Below are positions 28,730 to 39,637 of a stretch of DNA of 64,000 nucleotides, piece after piece. The stretch spans positions 160,001-224,000 of the forward strand of contig CAWHDZ010000011.1 in the NCBI GenBank assembly GCA_963828255.1. Direction: 5' to 3'. This stretch comes from an uncultured delta proteobacterium (GTDB taxonomy: Bacteria; Myxococcota; Myxococcia; Myxococcales; Anaeromyxobacteraceae). How positions within the stretch are numbered: the first letter of the stretch is position 1; every line of letters begins with the position of its first letter. A program made the position numbers and the translations under genes. Under the pieces are notes generated by a model. That model was not told the DNA's origin. It saw nothing but the letters and a program-made list of their open reading frames with translations, and made no database searches.

Positions 28730-29833
28730 ATGCCGGAGATCGACAGGGAGATCCTCGACCGCGCCATGCGGTGGTGCGCCGAGTCGGGACGCCCGGTGCA
28801 CGAGGACGTGGTGCGCCACCTGCTGCTGCCGCTGGGGTGGGACGAGTTGCTGGCCGTGAAGGCCATCCTGGCCGACCCGCCGCCCTCGCGCGACCTCTCC
28901 CCCGCAGACCTGCTCGCCCTCTCCCGGGGCGTCGTGCCCGGGCCGGGGTCGGCGGCGAAGCGGGCCCCTCGCAAGGAGGGGCGCGGCGGCGCGCGAGCCC
29001 CCCGCCCGGTGGCCGGCCCGAGGATCCGCAGGGTCCGGGACCGCGTGGAGCCCACCCCTCCCTCCCCCGCCTCGGCGCCCTCCATCGACCTGCTCTACCG
29101 GGAGTCTGGGCGCGCCGTCCTCGACCGGCTGGTGCGGAAGTGCGGCGCCAACCGGACCGCGATCCTCGCCGCCCTCGCGGCCGGCTGGTCGGCCGGGGGC
29201 GGAGCGCCGACCTCCGCGGACCTCGACCGCCTCCTCGACCACCACGGCCTCGCCCGGGGCTTCACGGAGCGCGAGCGGTCGCTGGTGCTCCACGCCTTCC
29301 GCAAGCACGGCGGGGTCGCGATCCGGGTGGCCCGCGACCTCGGGGCCTCGCCCGCCGACCTCCGGAGCACGCTCGTGCGGCTCGAGCTGGCCCGGCCGGT
29401 CGAGGCCATCCGGGAGGCCCGCCGCCGCGTGCTGGAGCGCAAGGCGACCCTGGCCGATCGGGCCCGGCTGATCGACGAGGAGGAGGAGTCCCTCTCCGAC
29501 CTCGGGCTCCTCCCCCGCTTCGAGGAGGACCTCCGGAAGCGGCTGCCCGAGCAGCTCCGGGCCCTCTCCGGCGGCGGCCGGAGGCCCAGCGCCGCCGACC
29601 TGGGGCGCAGCCTCTCCCTCTCCCGCGCCGCGGTGGACCGGCTCGTCCTGCGCTTCTCGTTGCCCCTGCGCCCTTCCCCGCCGGAGCGTCCCGATCGTCG
29701 CGAGGGACGCGAGGGACGTGGCGGGCCGCGTGGCGCTCCACGTGGCGGAGCCCGGAGCGGGCCGGGGGGCAGGCCGGCCGCCACTCCCGGTCGCCGCCCC
29801 CCCTCCGCGCGCGCTCCCCGCCGCGATCGTTAG
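28730..29833 (+). CDS. Hypothetical protein with degenerate Fis-like HTH segments
   Basis: ERERSLVLHAFRKHGGVAIRVARDLGASPADL; upstream TTGACT-17-CACCTT promoter. Confidence 0.6.
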   Translation: MPEIDREILDRAMRWCAESGRPVHEDVVRHLLLPLGWDELLAVKAILADPPPSRDLSPADLLALSRGVVPGPGSAAKRAPRKEGRGGARAPRPVAGPRIRRVRDRVEPTPPSPASAPSIDLLYRESGRAVLDRLVRKCGANRTAILAALAAGWSAGGGAPTSADLDRLLDHHGLARGFTERERSLVLHAFRKHGGVAIRVARDLGASPADLRSTLVRLELARPVEAIREARRRVLERKATLADRARLIDEEEESLSDLGLLPRFEEDLRKRLPEQLRALSGGGRRPSAADLGRSLSLSRAAVDRLVLRFSLPLRPSPPERPDRREGREGRGGPRGAPRGGARSGPGGRPAATPGRRPPSARAPRRDR

Positions 29834-29880
29834 CACGCATCCCCTTTGAAGACCGGACCTCCGGCTCCTATGATCGACGC

Positions 29881-30258
29881 ATGCCGATCTACGAGTACCT
29901 CTGCGAAGTCTGCGGGATGGTCAACGAGAAGCTGCAGAAGGTGAACGACCCCCCGCCGGCGCGCTGCGACGAGTGCGGCAGCCGGAAGCTCGCCAAGCTG
30001 GTGTCGCGAAGCGCCTTCCAGCTCAAGGGAGGCGGCTGGTACTCGGACCTCTACGCCTCGAAGAAGAAGGAGGCCCCGGCCAAGGAGGGGGCGGAGGGCG
30101 CCGCCGCCGCCAAGCCGGAGACGAAGGCCGACGCCACCGCCGCCGCCAAGGCGGACGGCGCCGCGGCGCCTCCGGCTCCGGCTCCGGCTCCGGCAGCCGC
30201 GCCGAAGCCCGCCGCCGCCGAGGGGCCATCGAAGAAGGGGCGCAAGAAGGCGGGCTGA
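29881..30258 (+). CDS. FmdB family zinc-ribbon protein with Ala/Lys/Pro-rich tail
   Basis: MPIYEYLCEVCG...CDECG...SAFQLKGGGWY. Confidence 0.9.
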   Translation: MPIYEYLCEVCGMVNEKLQKVNDPPPARCDECGSRKLAKLVSRSAFQLKGGGWYSDLYASKKKEAPAKEGAEGAAAAKPETKADATAAAKADGAAAPPAPAPAPAAAPKPAAAEGPSKKGRKKAG

Positions 30259-30275
30259 AGCCCTCCCCGCGCCGC

Positions 30276-30638
30276 CTACTTGGCCTTGGGCGCCGCCTTG
30301 CCCTTCTCGAAGGTGGCGTTGTCGCCGTAGCGGGCCACGATCTGCTTCTTGGTCTTGAGGCCGGTCTGCTCGATGACGAAGTTCGGGACCCGGCGGGCGT
30401 GCCGGTCGGCCACCCACTTCTCGAGCGCCGGACGCGCGGCGCCGCGCCCCCTGGCCACGCGCCCGCCGCGCCCCTTCCCGACGGCCTTCGCGACCTGCGC
30501 CTTCAATTCCTCGTCGATGCGCGCCGCAAGGATATCGGAGATTGCCCGGGCGATACCGGCAGAGGCCCGATCGACGATGCTCTCGACGGCCTTGAGGATG
30601 ACGTCTTCGGCGCTGGCGCGACCTTTTCCACGGGGCAT
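30276..30638 (-). CDS. Small basic hypothetical protein, possible nucleoid-associated protein
   Basis: 120 aa; helical N-terminus, RGG-rich linker, C-terminal WVADRHARRVPNFVIEQTG; RBS AGAGGAG. Confidence 0.7.
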   Translation of the reverse strand: MPRGKGRASAEDVILKAVESIVDRASAGIARAISDILAARIDEELKAQVAKAVGKGRGGRVARGRGAARPALEKWVADRHARRVPNFVIEQTGLKTKKQIVARYGDNATFEKGKAAPKAK

Positions 30639-30755
30639 TCGTGCTCCTCTGGGATTGCTTTCGGATATGGCGATGGGAGTGCTTCGATTGCGCGCTGGAA
30701 TACCTTGAAATGATCCATTGCGCAAACAATCGCCGGATCTGCTAGGTTCCCGGCG

Positions 30756-30839
30756 GGCCCTCTGGCGAAACGGTAGACGCGCTCGACTCAAAATCGAGTG
30801 GGGTCACCCCCCGTCCCGGTTCGATTCCGGGGAGGGCCA
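30756..30839 (+). tRNA. tRNA-Leu(CAA), CCA not encoded
   Basis: GGCCCTC/GAGGGCC acceptor, CTCGA-CTCAAAA-TCGAG anticodon arm, long variable arm, GTTCGATTC. Confidence 0.93.
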
Positions 30840-30886
30840 TTTCCCCTTGCGGCGCCGGGCCAGCGCCGTGTATCCATCCGGTCCAT

Positions 30887-31609
30887 ATGTACAACCTCCT
30901 CATCAGCCTGGCCGCCGGCCTCGCCGTGACCCTGGCGATCGCCTTCGGCACCAATGTCGGCTGGGTGGGATCCATCCTCCCGGGGATGCTCGCCCTGGGC
31001 GTGGCCTACTTCGTCCTGGCGCGCCGGAGCTGGAAGCAGCTCGAGGCGCTCATGGGAACGGTGCAGAAGGAGGTGATGGCCCAGAAGTTCGACCGGGCCC
31101 TGCAGACCCTCCAGGGCGGCTTCGCGCTGGCCCCCTGGCAGTTCCTCGTGGCCTCCCAGATCCACTCCCAGCTCGGCGTCCTCCGCTACGTGCGGCAGGA
31201 CTTCGCCGGCGCCCAGCCGCACCTCGAGAAGAGCTTCTCCCGTCACGGCGTGGCGAGGGCGATGCTGGCCGTCACCCACTACCGGAAGAAGGACCTCGAG
31301 AAGATGCGCAAGGTCTTCGACGAGGCCGCCAAGGACAACAAGAAGGAAGGGCTCGTCTTCGCGACCTGGGCATGGATCGAGGAGAAGGAGGGCAAGCACG
31401 ACCAGGCCATCGCCGTGCTGGCCCGCGGGCTCAAGGCCAATCCCGGCGACGAGAAGCTCAAGTCGGCCGCGAAGGCCCTCCAGAACGACAAGCGGCTCAA
31501 GCTGGGCAAGATCTACGGGGAGCAGTGGTTCCAGTTCCACCTGGAGAAGATGCCGCCTCAGATGGTCTCGCCCTCGGGCGGCCGGCGCGTCGTCTACCAG
31601 CGGCGCTGA
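30887..31609 (+). CDS. Membrane-anchored TPR-like protein
   Basis: Two N-terminal TM helices followed by TPR-like helical repeats. Confidence 0.75.
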   Translation: MYNLLISLAAGLAVTLAIAFGTNVGWVGSILPGMLALGVAYFVLARRSWKQLEALMGTVQKEVMAQKFDRALQTLQGGFALAPWQFLVASQIHSQLGVLRYVRQDFAGAQPHLEKSFSRHGVARAMLAVTHYRKKDLEKMRKVFDEAAKDNKKEGLVFATWAWIEEKEGKHDQAIAVLARGLKANPGDEKLKSAAKALQNDKRLKLGKIYGEQWFQFHLEKMPPQMVSPSGGRRVVYQRR

Positions 31610-31636
31610 TGCACCATCATTCTCCGCCGGTCCGCC

Positions 31637-31665
31637 TTTACACTGCGGCGGCGCGCCTGTAGCCT
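31637..31665 (+). promoter_or_regulatory. sigma70-type promoter upstream of the REC-GGDEF gene
   Basis: TTTACA-17 bp-TAGCCT. Confidence 0.55.
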
Positions 31666-31768
31666 TTTTCCGGACACAGACGCGGAGACGCAAACGAGCA
31701 CGGAGCGTGGCACGGGCGGGGGGCCGGGGAGCGGATCGGGCGACCCCGATCGCGCGTCGCGCCCCGAC

Positions 31769-32901
31769 GTGGGCTCGCAGACCGATCGCCTCTGCGCCGA
31801 GATCCGCGACCGGGCCCGCTACCTCGCCGAGCGGGCCCGCGGCCTCTCGGCCCCCGACACCGGCGCCGGCGCCGGACGCCACGCCCGCGCGCGCCTCCTC
31901 GAGGTTGACGCCGAGACGCTCGCCGATCTGGCCGAGGACCTGCTCCGCGTGGCCGCCGGCCTGGCGGCCTCGGCCTTCGTGCCTGCGCCCCGCGACATCG
32001 GAGGCGGCACGTCGCCGGGCGCACGCCCCCGCATCCTGGTCGCCGAGGACGACGACGACGAGCGGGAGGCCATCGCGGCCGGGCTCGAGGGCGACTACGA
32101 GGTGGCGGCGGTCTCCGACGGCAGCCAGGCGCTCGCCTCGGCCCGCCTGGGGATGCCCGACCTGGTCGTCCTCGACCTGCGGCTCCCCGGGATCGACGGC
32201 CTGGCCGTGCTCGACTCGCTGCGCTCCGACCTGCTCACCGCCGAGGTCCCGGTCATCCTGCTCTCCGGCCAGGCCGACGACGCCACGCGGGTCCGCGCGC
32301 TCGACCTGGGCGCCGCCGACTTCGTCCAGAAGCCCGCCTCGCTCCAGGAACTCCGGGCCCGCATCGAGCGGACGCTCCGGCTCACCCGGCGCCAGTCGCA
32401 CCTCCGGGCGCTGGCCCAGACCGACGTGCTGACCGGGCTCGCCAACCTGCGCGCCTTCCGGGGCCGGCTCGACGACGAGGTCCGGCGCGCCCGCCGCTAC
32501 GGGACGTCCCTGACCTGCATCATGGCCGACATGGACCACCTGAAGCCGGTCAACGACGCCTTCGGCCACGCGGCCGGCGACCGGGCCATCGCGGCGGTCG
32601 CCGAGGTGCTGCGCTCACAGCTCCGCGCCACCGACATGGGGGCCCGCTACGGCGGCGACGAGTTCGTGCTGCTCCTGCCCCACACCGGCGCCGGGGACGG
32701 CCGCATCCTCGCCGAGCGTCTCTGCCAGCGCCTGGCCGCCGCCGACCTCTCGGTGGGGGACCGCAAGGTCTCCTTGCGGACCTCCTTCGGGGTGGCCGAG
32801 CTGGGACCGGAGGCCGGCCTCGACGACGGCGCCGATCTGGTCCGCCACGCAGACGAGGCCCTCTACGCCGCCAAGCGCTCCGGGCGCGGCAGGGTCGAGG
32901 T

Positions 32902-32926
<25 letters not shown>
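31769..32926 (+). CDS. Response-regulator diguanylate cyclase (REC-GGDEF)
   Basis: ILVAEDD, DLVVLDLRLP, FVQKP, TDVLTGL, RATD I-site, RYGGDEF. Confidence 0.92.
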
Positions 32927-34257
<1,331 letters not shown>

Positions 34258-34268
34258 CGGTGGTCCCG

Positions 34269-34763
34269 CTATCCCGGCTTGCCGGGCGTGACCGACCGCG
34301 CCGTCCCGGTGCCCTCGGGCTCGACGTCGGGGCGGGCCGGGACGGTGAGCTCGGTGAGCTCGATGCCCAGCCTGCTGGCGTGGTCGAAGATGCGCTCGTC
34401 CCGGTAGAACTCCCCGAAGACGATGCGCTTCGCCCCCGAGTTGGCGATGAGCTTGAAGCAGGGCCAGCAGGGCGAGGCGGTGGTGTAGATGGTGGCCCCG
34501 TCGATGGCCACCCCGTTCTTGGCGGCCTGGATGATGGCGTTGGCCTCGGCGTGCACGGTGCGCACGCAGTGGCCGTCCTCCATCATGTGCCCCTCCTCGC
34601 TGCAGTGCCCGAGCCCCCGGATGGAGCCGTTGTAGCCGGTGGAGAGCAGGGTCCGGTCCCGCACCAGGACGGCGCCGACGTGCTTGCGGTCGCAGGTGGC
34701 CCGCGTGGCCACCATGCGCGCGATGTTCATGAAGTACTCGTCCCAGCTGGCCCGCCGATCCAT
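34269..34763 (-). CDS. dCMP deaminase family protein (ComEB-like)
   Basis: WDEYFM, RATCDR, TGYNG, HAEANAI, SPCWPC. Confidence 0.92.
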   Translation of the reverse strand: MDRRASWDEYFMNIARMVATRATCDRKHVGAVLVRDRTLLSTGYNGSIRGLGHCSEEGHMMEDGHCVRTVHAEANAIIQAAKNGVAIDGATIYTTASPCWPCFKLIANSGAKRIVFGEFYRDERIFDHASRLGIELTELTVPARPDVEPEGTGTARSVTPGKPG

Positions 34764-34897
34764 CCGTCTCCCCCGTTGCTTCGGCCGCGCCGGAAGGGCG
34801 CGGCAGGGCCATCATGGTAGCGCAGGACACCGCCCCCAGGGGGCGGGCCGAGGCGGAAATTCCCGGACAGGCTCCCGTGGTGTAGCCTCGGAGCACC

Positions 34898-36427
34898 GTG
34901 GGAGAGACGGCGCGCGACACCATCATCGGGATCGACCTGGGCACCAGCAACTCCTGCGCCGCAGTGGCCAGCGAGTCGGGCGAGGTCCGCCTCATCCCCT
35001 ACAAGGGCGGCGACTTCATCATCCCCTCGATCTTCGCCATCGACGACAAGGGGAACGAGCTCATCGGCCACGAGGCCAAGCGGCAGTGGCAGCTCAACCC
35101 GCGCAACACCCTCTACGCCACCAAGCGGCTCATCGGCCGCTCCCCCATGGACGACGTGGTGGAGACCGTGCAGCACTCGGTGCAGTACAAGGTGCACGCC
35201 GGGGCCCGCAACGACGTGGAGCTCGACTGCCACGGCCGGTCCTTCCAGGTCTCCGAGGTGGCCGCCCGCATCCTGGCCAAGATCCGGGACGTGGCCTCCG
35301 ACCACCTGGGCTTCCGGGTCCTGCGGGCGGTGGTGACGGTGCCCGCCTACTTCACCGACCGTCAGCGGCAGGCGGTGAAGGAGGCCGGCAAGCTGGTGGG
35401 GCTCGAGGTGGTGCGGATCATCAACGAGCCGACCTCCGCGGCGCTGGCCTACGGCCTGGGAAAGAACCTGCGCGAGCGGGTGCTGGTCTACGACCTGGGC
35501 GGCGGCACCTTCGACGTCTCCATCATCGACATCCGCGACCGGGTCTTCGAGGTCAAGGCCACCGCCGGCGACATCTTCCTGGGAGGCATCGACTTCGACA
35601 ACGCGCTCATCGCCTACGTGCTCGCCGACTTCCGGCGCAAGCACGGGGTGGACCTCTCCTCCGACCCGGTGGCCATGCAGCGCATCAAGGACCTGGCCGA
35701 GCGGACCAAGATCGACCTCTCCTCGCGCCCCGAGGCCCCCTTCTCCATCCCCTTCATCACCATGACCCCGCAGGGGCAGCCCCTCAACATCGACATGCGG
35801 GTGGACCGGGCGCTCCTCGAGCAGCTCACCGACCCGCTCCTCGACCGCAGCATGGAGATCCTGGCCCGGGTGCTCACCGACGCCGGGATGTCCACCGGGG
35901 ACATCGACAAGGTCATGCTGGTGGGCGGCCAGACCCGCATGCCGGCCATCCAGGAGCGGCTCACCGCCTTCTTCGGCCGCCCCCCGTCGAAGGGGGTCCA
36001 CCCCGACGAGGCGGTGGCCATCGGCGCGGCGCTCTACGGCTGGTCGCTGCAGGCCGGGAACGAGCAGCGGCTCCAGCTTCTCGACGTCATCCCCATGGCC
36101 ATCGGCATCGAGCAGGCCGGCGGGGGCACCCACGTGATCTTCGGGCGCAACGCCGCCATCCCCAACGCCCGCGCCATCTCGGCCACCAACTCGCGCGACG
36201 GGCAGACCGAGCTCGTGCTGCGCATCGTGCAGGGCGACCACCCCCAGGCGGCCAAGAACGAGACCCTCGGCGAGTTTACTTTTAGTGGGGTGCGGGCCGG
36301 CCGGGCCGGCGAGGCGCGGCTGGAGATCCTCTTCGAGGTGAACGTGGAGGGGATCCTCTCGGTGCACGCCCGCGACCTGGACACCGGGCGCGAGATGAAG
36401 AGCACCGTGCGGGTGACGCAGAGCTAG
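34898..36427 (+). CDS. Hsp70/DnaK-family protein lacking the C-terminal helical lid
   Basis: [41 protein letters not shown]; ends after SBD-beta (509 aa). Confidence 0.92.
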   Translation: MGETARDTIIGIDLGTSNSCAAVASESGEVRLIPYKGGDFIIPSIFAIDDKGNELIGHEAKRQWQLNPRNTLYATKRLIGRSPMDDVVETVQHSVQYKVHAGARNDVELDCHGRSFQVSEVAARILAKIRDVASDHLGFRVLRAVVTVPAYFTDRQRQAVKEAGKLVGLEVVRIINEPTSAALAYGLGKNLRERVLVYDLGGGTFDVSIIDIRDRVFEVKATAGDIFLGGIDFDNALIAYVLADFRRKHGVDLSSDPVAMQRIKDLAERTKIDLSSRPEAPFSIPFITMTPQGQPLNIDMRVDRALLEQLTDPLLDRSMEILARVLTDAGMSTGDIDKVMLVGGQTRMPAIQERLTAFFGRPPSKGVHPDEAVAIGAALYGWSLQAGNEQRLQLLDVIPMAIGIEQAGGGTHVIFGRNAAIPNARAISATNSRDGQTELVLRIVQGDHPQAAKNETLGEFTFSGVRAGRAGEARLEILFEVNVEGILSVHARDLDTGREMKSTVRVTQS

Positions 36428-37708
36428 CTACGCCGACTTCTTCTCCTTCTCGAAGGAGAGCAGCGGCGGCTCGCGGCGCAGGATCACACCATCGGTGATC
36501 TTGCACTCCTTCACGCCCTCCCGGTACGGCACGTCGTACATGATGTCGAGCATCGACTGCTCGAGGATCGACCGGAGTCCACGCGCGCCGGACTTGCGGC
36601 GCATGGCCTCGCGGGCGGTGGCCCGCAGCGACTCCTTGGTGAAGGACAGCTTCACCTTCTCGAGCTCGAAGAGCTTCTGGTACTGCTTCACCAGCGCGTT
36701 GCGCGGCTGGGTGAGGATGGTGACGAGGTCGTCCTCGGTGAGCTCGGAGAGCGTGGCGATGATGGGGATTCGCCCCACGAACTCCGGGATCATCCCGAAC
36801 TTCACCAGATCCTGCGGCTCGATGCGGGAGAGCAGTTCCCCGAGCGAGGCCTCTTCCCGCGCCTCGATCTTGGCCCCGAACCCCAGCCCCTTCACGCCCA
36901 CCCTCCGGCGGATGGCCTGCTCGATGCCGCAGAAGGCGCCGCCCACGATGAAGAGGATGTTGGAGGTGTCGACCTGGATCGACTCCTGCTGGTTGTACTT
37001 CTTGCCCCCGCGGGGCGTCACGTTGGCGCGGGTCCCCTCGACCACCTTGAGGAGCGCCTGCTGGACGCCCTCCCCGCCCACGTCGCGGGTGGCGGACGGT
37101 GAATCTCCCTTGCGGGCGATCTTGTCGATCTCGTCGATGTAGACGATGCCGCGCGAGGCCTTCTCCACGTCGTAGTCGGCGTTGTGGAGCAGGTTCTGGA
37201 TGATGTTCTCGACGTCCTCGCCCACGTAGCCGGCCTCGGTGAGGCTGGTGGCGTCGGCGATGGTGAAGGGGACGTTGAGGAAGCGGGCCAGCGACTGGGC
37301 CAGCAGGGTCTTGCCGGCGCCGGTGGGGCCGATGAGCAGGATGTTCGACTTCTGGAGTTCGACCTCGTCGCCGGCGCGTCCGGGCACGGGGCGCTGGGCC
37401 CGGGGCGCGCGCCGCGCGTGGATGCGCTTGTAGTGGTTGTAGACGGCCACCGCGAGCACCTTCTTGGCGCGGTCCTGGCCGACCACGTAATCGTCGAGGA
37501 AGGCCTTCACCTCGGCGGGCGTGGGGAGCGAGACCGGGGGGCGGCCGTCCTCGCGCTCCCCCTCCTCGGCGATGATGTCGTTGCAGAGCCGGATGCACTC
37601 GTCGCAGATGTAGACCGTGGGGCCGGCGATGAGCTTGCGGACGTCCCGCTGCCCCTTCCCGCAGAAGGAGCAGCTCAAGCTTCCGTGATGTGGGTCTTTC
37701 CGGCTCAA
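36428..37708 (-). CDS. clpX: ATP-dependent Clp protease ATP-binding subunit ClpX
   Basis: CSFCGK..ICDEC zinc finger, [36 protein letters not shown] loop. Confidence 0.97.
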   Translation of the reverse strand: MSRKDPHHGSLSCSFCGKGQRDVRKLIAGPTVYICDECIRLCNDIIAEEGEREDGRPPVSLPTPAEVKAFLDDYVVGQDRAKKVLAVAVYNHYKRIHARRAPRAQRPVPGRAGDEVELQKSNILLIGPTGAGKTLLAQSLARFLNVPFTIADATSLTEAGYVGEDVENIIQNLLHNADYDVEKASRGIVYIDEIDKIARKGDSPSATRDVGGEGVQQALLKVVEGTRANVTPRGGKKYNQQESIQVDTSNILFIVGGAFCGIEQAIRRRVGVKGLGFGAKIEAREEASLGELLSRIEPQDLVKFGMIPEFVGRIPIIATLSELTEDDLVTILTQPRNALVKQYQKLFELEKVKLSFTKESLRATAREAMRRKSGARGLRSILEQSMLDIMYDVPYREGVKECKITDGVILRREPPLLSFEKEKKSA

Positions 37709-37842
37709 TCTGCCCTCTCGCGCGATGCTCTCCCGATGCTACACCAGAGACGCGGGCTCCCCAAGGATCCCCGCGCCGGGAAATCCTAATCGGCGTCCGG
37801 ACCCTGCGCCGCATGACGCTCCGGCGCGGGGGGCGGGCCTCT

Positions 37843-38445
37843 TCAGTCCCCGGCCAGCCGGTCGAGCGCGTCGGCCAGGTCCCGGGCCGCCCTCCGCACG
37901 GGCGTGGGCACCTGCCGCTCCCCCTCGCAGGCCTCGGCGAGCCGCCTGGCCAGGCCGGCGATGCGGGCCACCCGCTCCCCGGCGCCGGGCTGGGGCGGCT
38001 TCGGAGGCGGACCGAATCGCTCGGCGATCTTCCGGCTCACCTCTGCCTTGCCCGCCTCGCCGTCGAGCACTCCGTCCCGCATCTCCCCCCAGGCCGCTCC
38101 GTCCATGCGCCCGGCAGCCTCGGCGCGCGAGAGCACCTCGATCACCTCGAAGGGGGGCGCCGAGCGCAGTTCCCGGGACCGCGCCATCTCCGGTTCGTGC
38201 TTCTCGAGAAACCCGTAGGACATGGCCAGCTTCTCGGCGGTCGCCCGCCGCAGGAAGAGCTCCTTCGTGCAGTAGTCCTCGAAGCTCGACCAGCCCCACT
38301 CCCGCCAGGCCTCCTCGCGCCGGACCTGGGCGAGCATGCGTCCCAGGTCCACCCAGGAGGCCTTGAAGCGACGCGCGCTCTCGAGCACCTTCCGGCGCAG
38401 CGAGCCCTCCGGGAGCTCGCCGATGCGGGCGTCAAGCTTCGTCAC
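37843..38445 (-). CDS. Hypothetical protein with DUF3102-like motif
   Basis: LGRMLAQVRREEAWREWGWSSFEDYCTKELFLRRATAEKL; GTG start with GGAG RBS. Confidence 0.65.
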   Translation of the reverse strand: MTKLDARIGELPEGSLRRKVLESARRFKASWVDLGRMLAQVRREEAWREWGWSSFEDYCTKELFLRRATAEKLAMSYGFLEKHEPEMARSRELRSAPPFEVIEVLSRAEAAGRMDGAAWGEMRDGVLDGEAGKAEVSRKIAERFGPPPKPPQPGAGERVARIAGLARRLAEACEGERQVPTPVRRAARDLADALDRLAGD

Positions 38446-38532
38446 GGCTCCGGTCCCCACGCTCGAAAGGCCTCCTCGCTCCCGCCGGGGCGCGATGGCG
38501 CCGGCCGCGCGGGCGTGCGAACGTAGCACGGC

Positions 38533-39321
38533 GTGGAGAAGCGACGGTATGCGATGCGGATCGCCTACGACGGGGGCGCGTTCCGGGGATTCCAGCGCCA
38601 GCCGGGGCTCCCCACCGTGGAGGAGACCCTCCTCCGGGCGCTCGCCCCTCTCGGGCTCGATCCCCGCCTCGAGGTCGCCGCCCGCACCGACGCCGGGGTC
38701 CACGCCCTGGCGCAGGTGGTGAGCTTCGCCGCCCGCGCCGACGTGGACCCTGAGGTGCTGCGCGCCACCGTGAACCGGGAGACGCCGCCGTCGATCGCCT
38801 GCCTGGCTGCCTGGCGGACCTCGCCGTCGTTCCACGCCCGGGCCAGCGCCACGTCGAGAACCTACGTCTACGTGGTCGGGTCGCCGCCCCCGGAGGGGTT
38901 CGAGGGGCGGGCCTGGGCGCTGCCGGACGAGCGGGCGTTCCCGGGGATCCCGTCCCGTGACCTGGATCTTGCGTCGATGGCTGACGCCATCGCAGCCGCC
39001 GTGGGCGAGCACGACTTCGCCGGATTCGCGCGGCCGGGCGAGCAGCGTGGCTCGGTGAGGACGCTGCTCCGCGCCGAGGTCGCGCGCGCCTCCTGGGCGC
39101 CGCTCTGGACCTTCACCCTCGAGGGCCGGGGATTCCTCCGGGCCCAGGTGCGCCACCTGGTCGGCACGGCCGTCGCCGTCGGACTCGGCCTCTCCCCGGT
39201 CTCCCGGATCGCGGAGATCCTCCGGGACCGGGAGCGATATCGGGGAGTCCGGGCTCCGGCCTGGGGGCTCACCCTGATCGGCGTGAGCTACCCCCCGGGA
39301 GACTCACCCCCATCAGGGTGA
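38533..39321 (+). CDS. truA: tRNA pseudouridine(38-40) synthase TruA
   Basis: AYDGGAFRGFQRQ, RTDAGVHA, FHARASA, GEHDF, GFLRAQVR. Confidence 0.93.
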   Translation: MEKRRYAMRIAYDGGAFRGFQRQPGLPTVEETLLRALAPLGLDPRLEVAARTDAGVHALAQVVSFAARADVDPEVLRATVNRETPPSIACLAAWRTSPSFHARASATSRTYVYVVGSPPPEGFEGRAWALPDERAFPGIPSRDLDLASMADAIAAAVGEHDFAGFARPGEQRGSVRTLLRAEVARASWAPLWTFTLEGRGFLRAQVRHLVGTAVAVGLGLSPVSRIAEILRDRERYRGVRAPAWGLTLIGVSYPPGDSPPSG

Positions 39322-39546
39322 GGTGGCGACGTCGTTCCCGACCTCGTTGTCGCCGTACTTCATGAGCAGGTCGGAGACCGCCTCGCGGAGGTAGTCCGAC
39401 TGGCGGATCCGCGTCGCCCGTGCCAGGCGGCGAAGCCTGGCGGCCAGCTCGGGCGGGAGCCGGACGAGCATCGGCTCGAGGCGGGTGGCGGAGCCCCCCA
39501 TGAGGGGCATCTGGTGAATCGTCCGGGGGATCTCGATGGGTCGCAT
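39313..39546 (-). CDS. Ribbon-helix-helix protein (CdbA/CdbB-like)
   Basis: VRLPPELAARLRRLARATRIRQSDYLREAVSDLLMKY; RBS GGGAGG. Confidence 0.8.
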   Translation of the reverse strand: MRPIEIPRTIHQMPLMGGSATRLEPMLVRLPPELAARLRRLARATRIRQSDYLREAVSDLLMKYGDNEVGNDVATSP

Positions 39547-39637
39547 GTAGGTTCTTGCCTCCCTGTGACTACGTTTGCCTACACGCTACCACCCGATAGC
39601 CTGAAGTCAAAAAATCCCCAATTGACAATTTCTGGAA

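Noticed and set aside
30756..30900. tRNA-Leu genes as island integration sites
   Set aside because: No integrase, no duplicated tRNA 3' end and no foreign gene block seen at either tRNA-Leu
31708..31724. TGGCACG sigma54-like -24 box before the REC-GGDEF gene
   Set aside because: No -12 TTGC/GC at the required spacing
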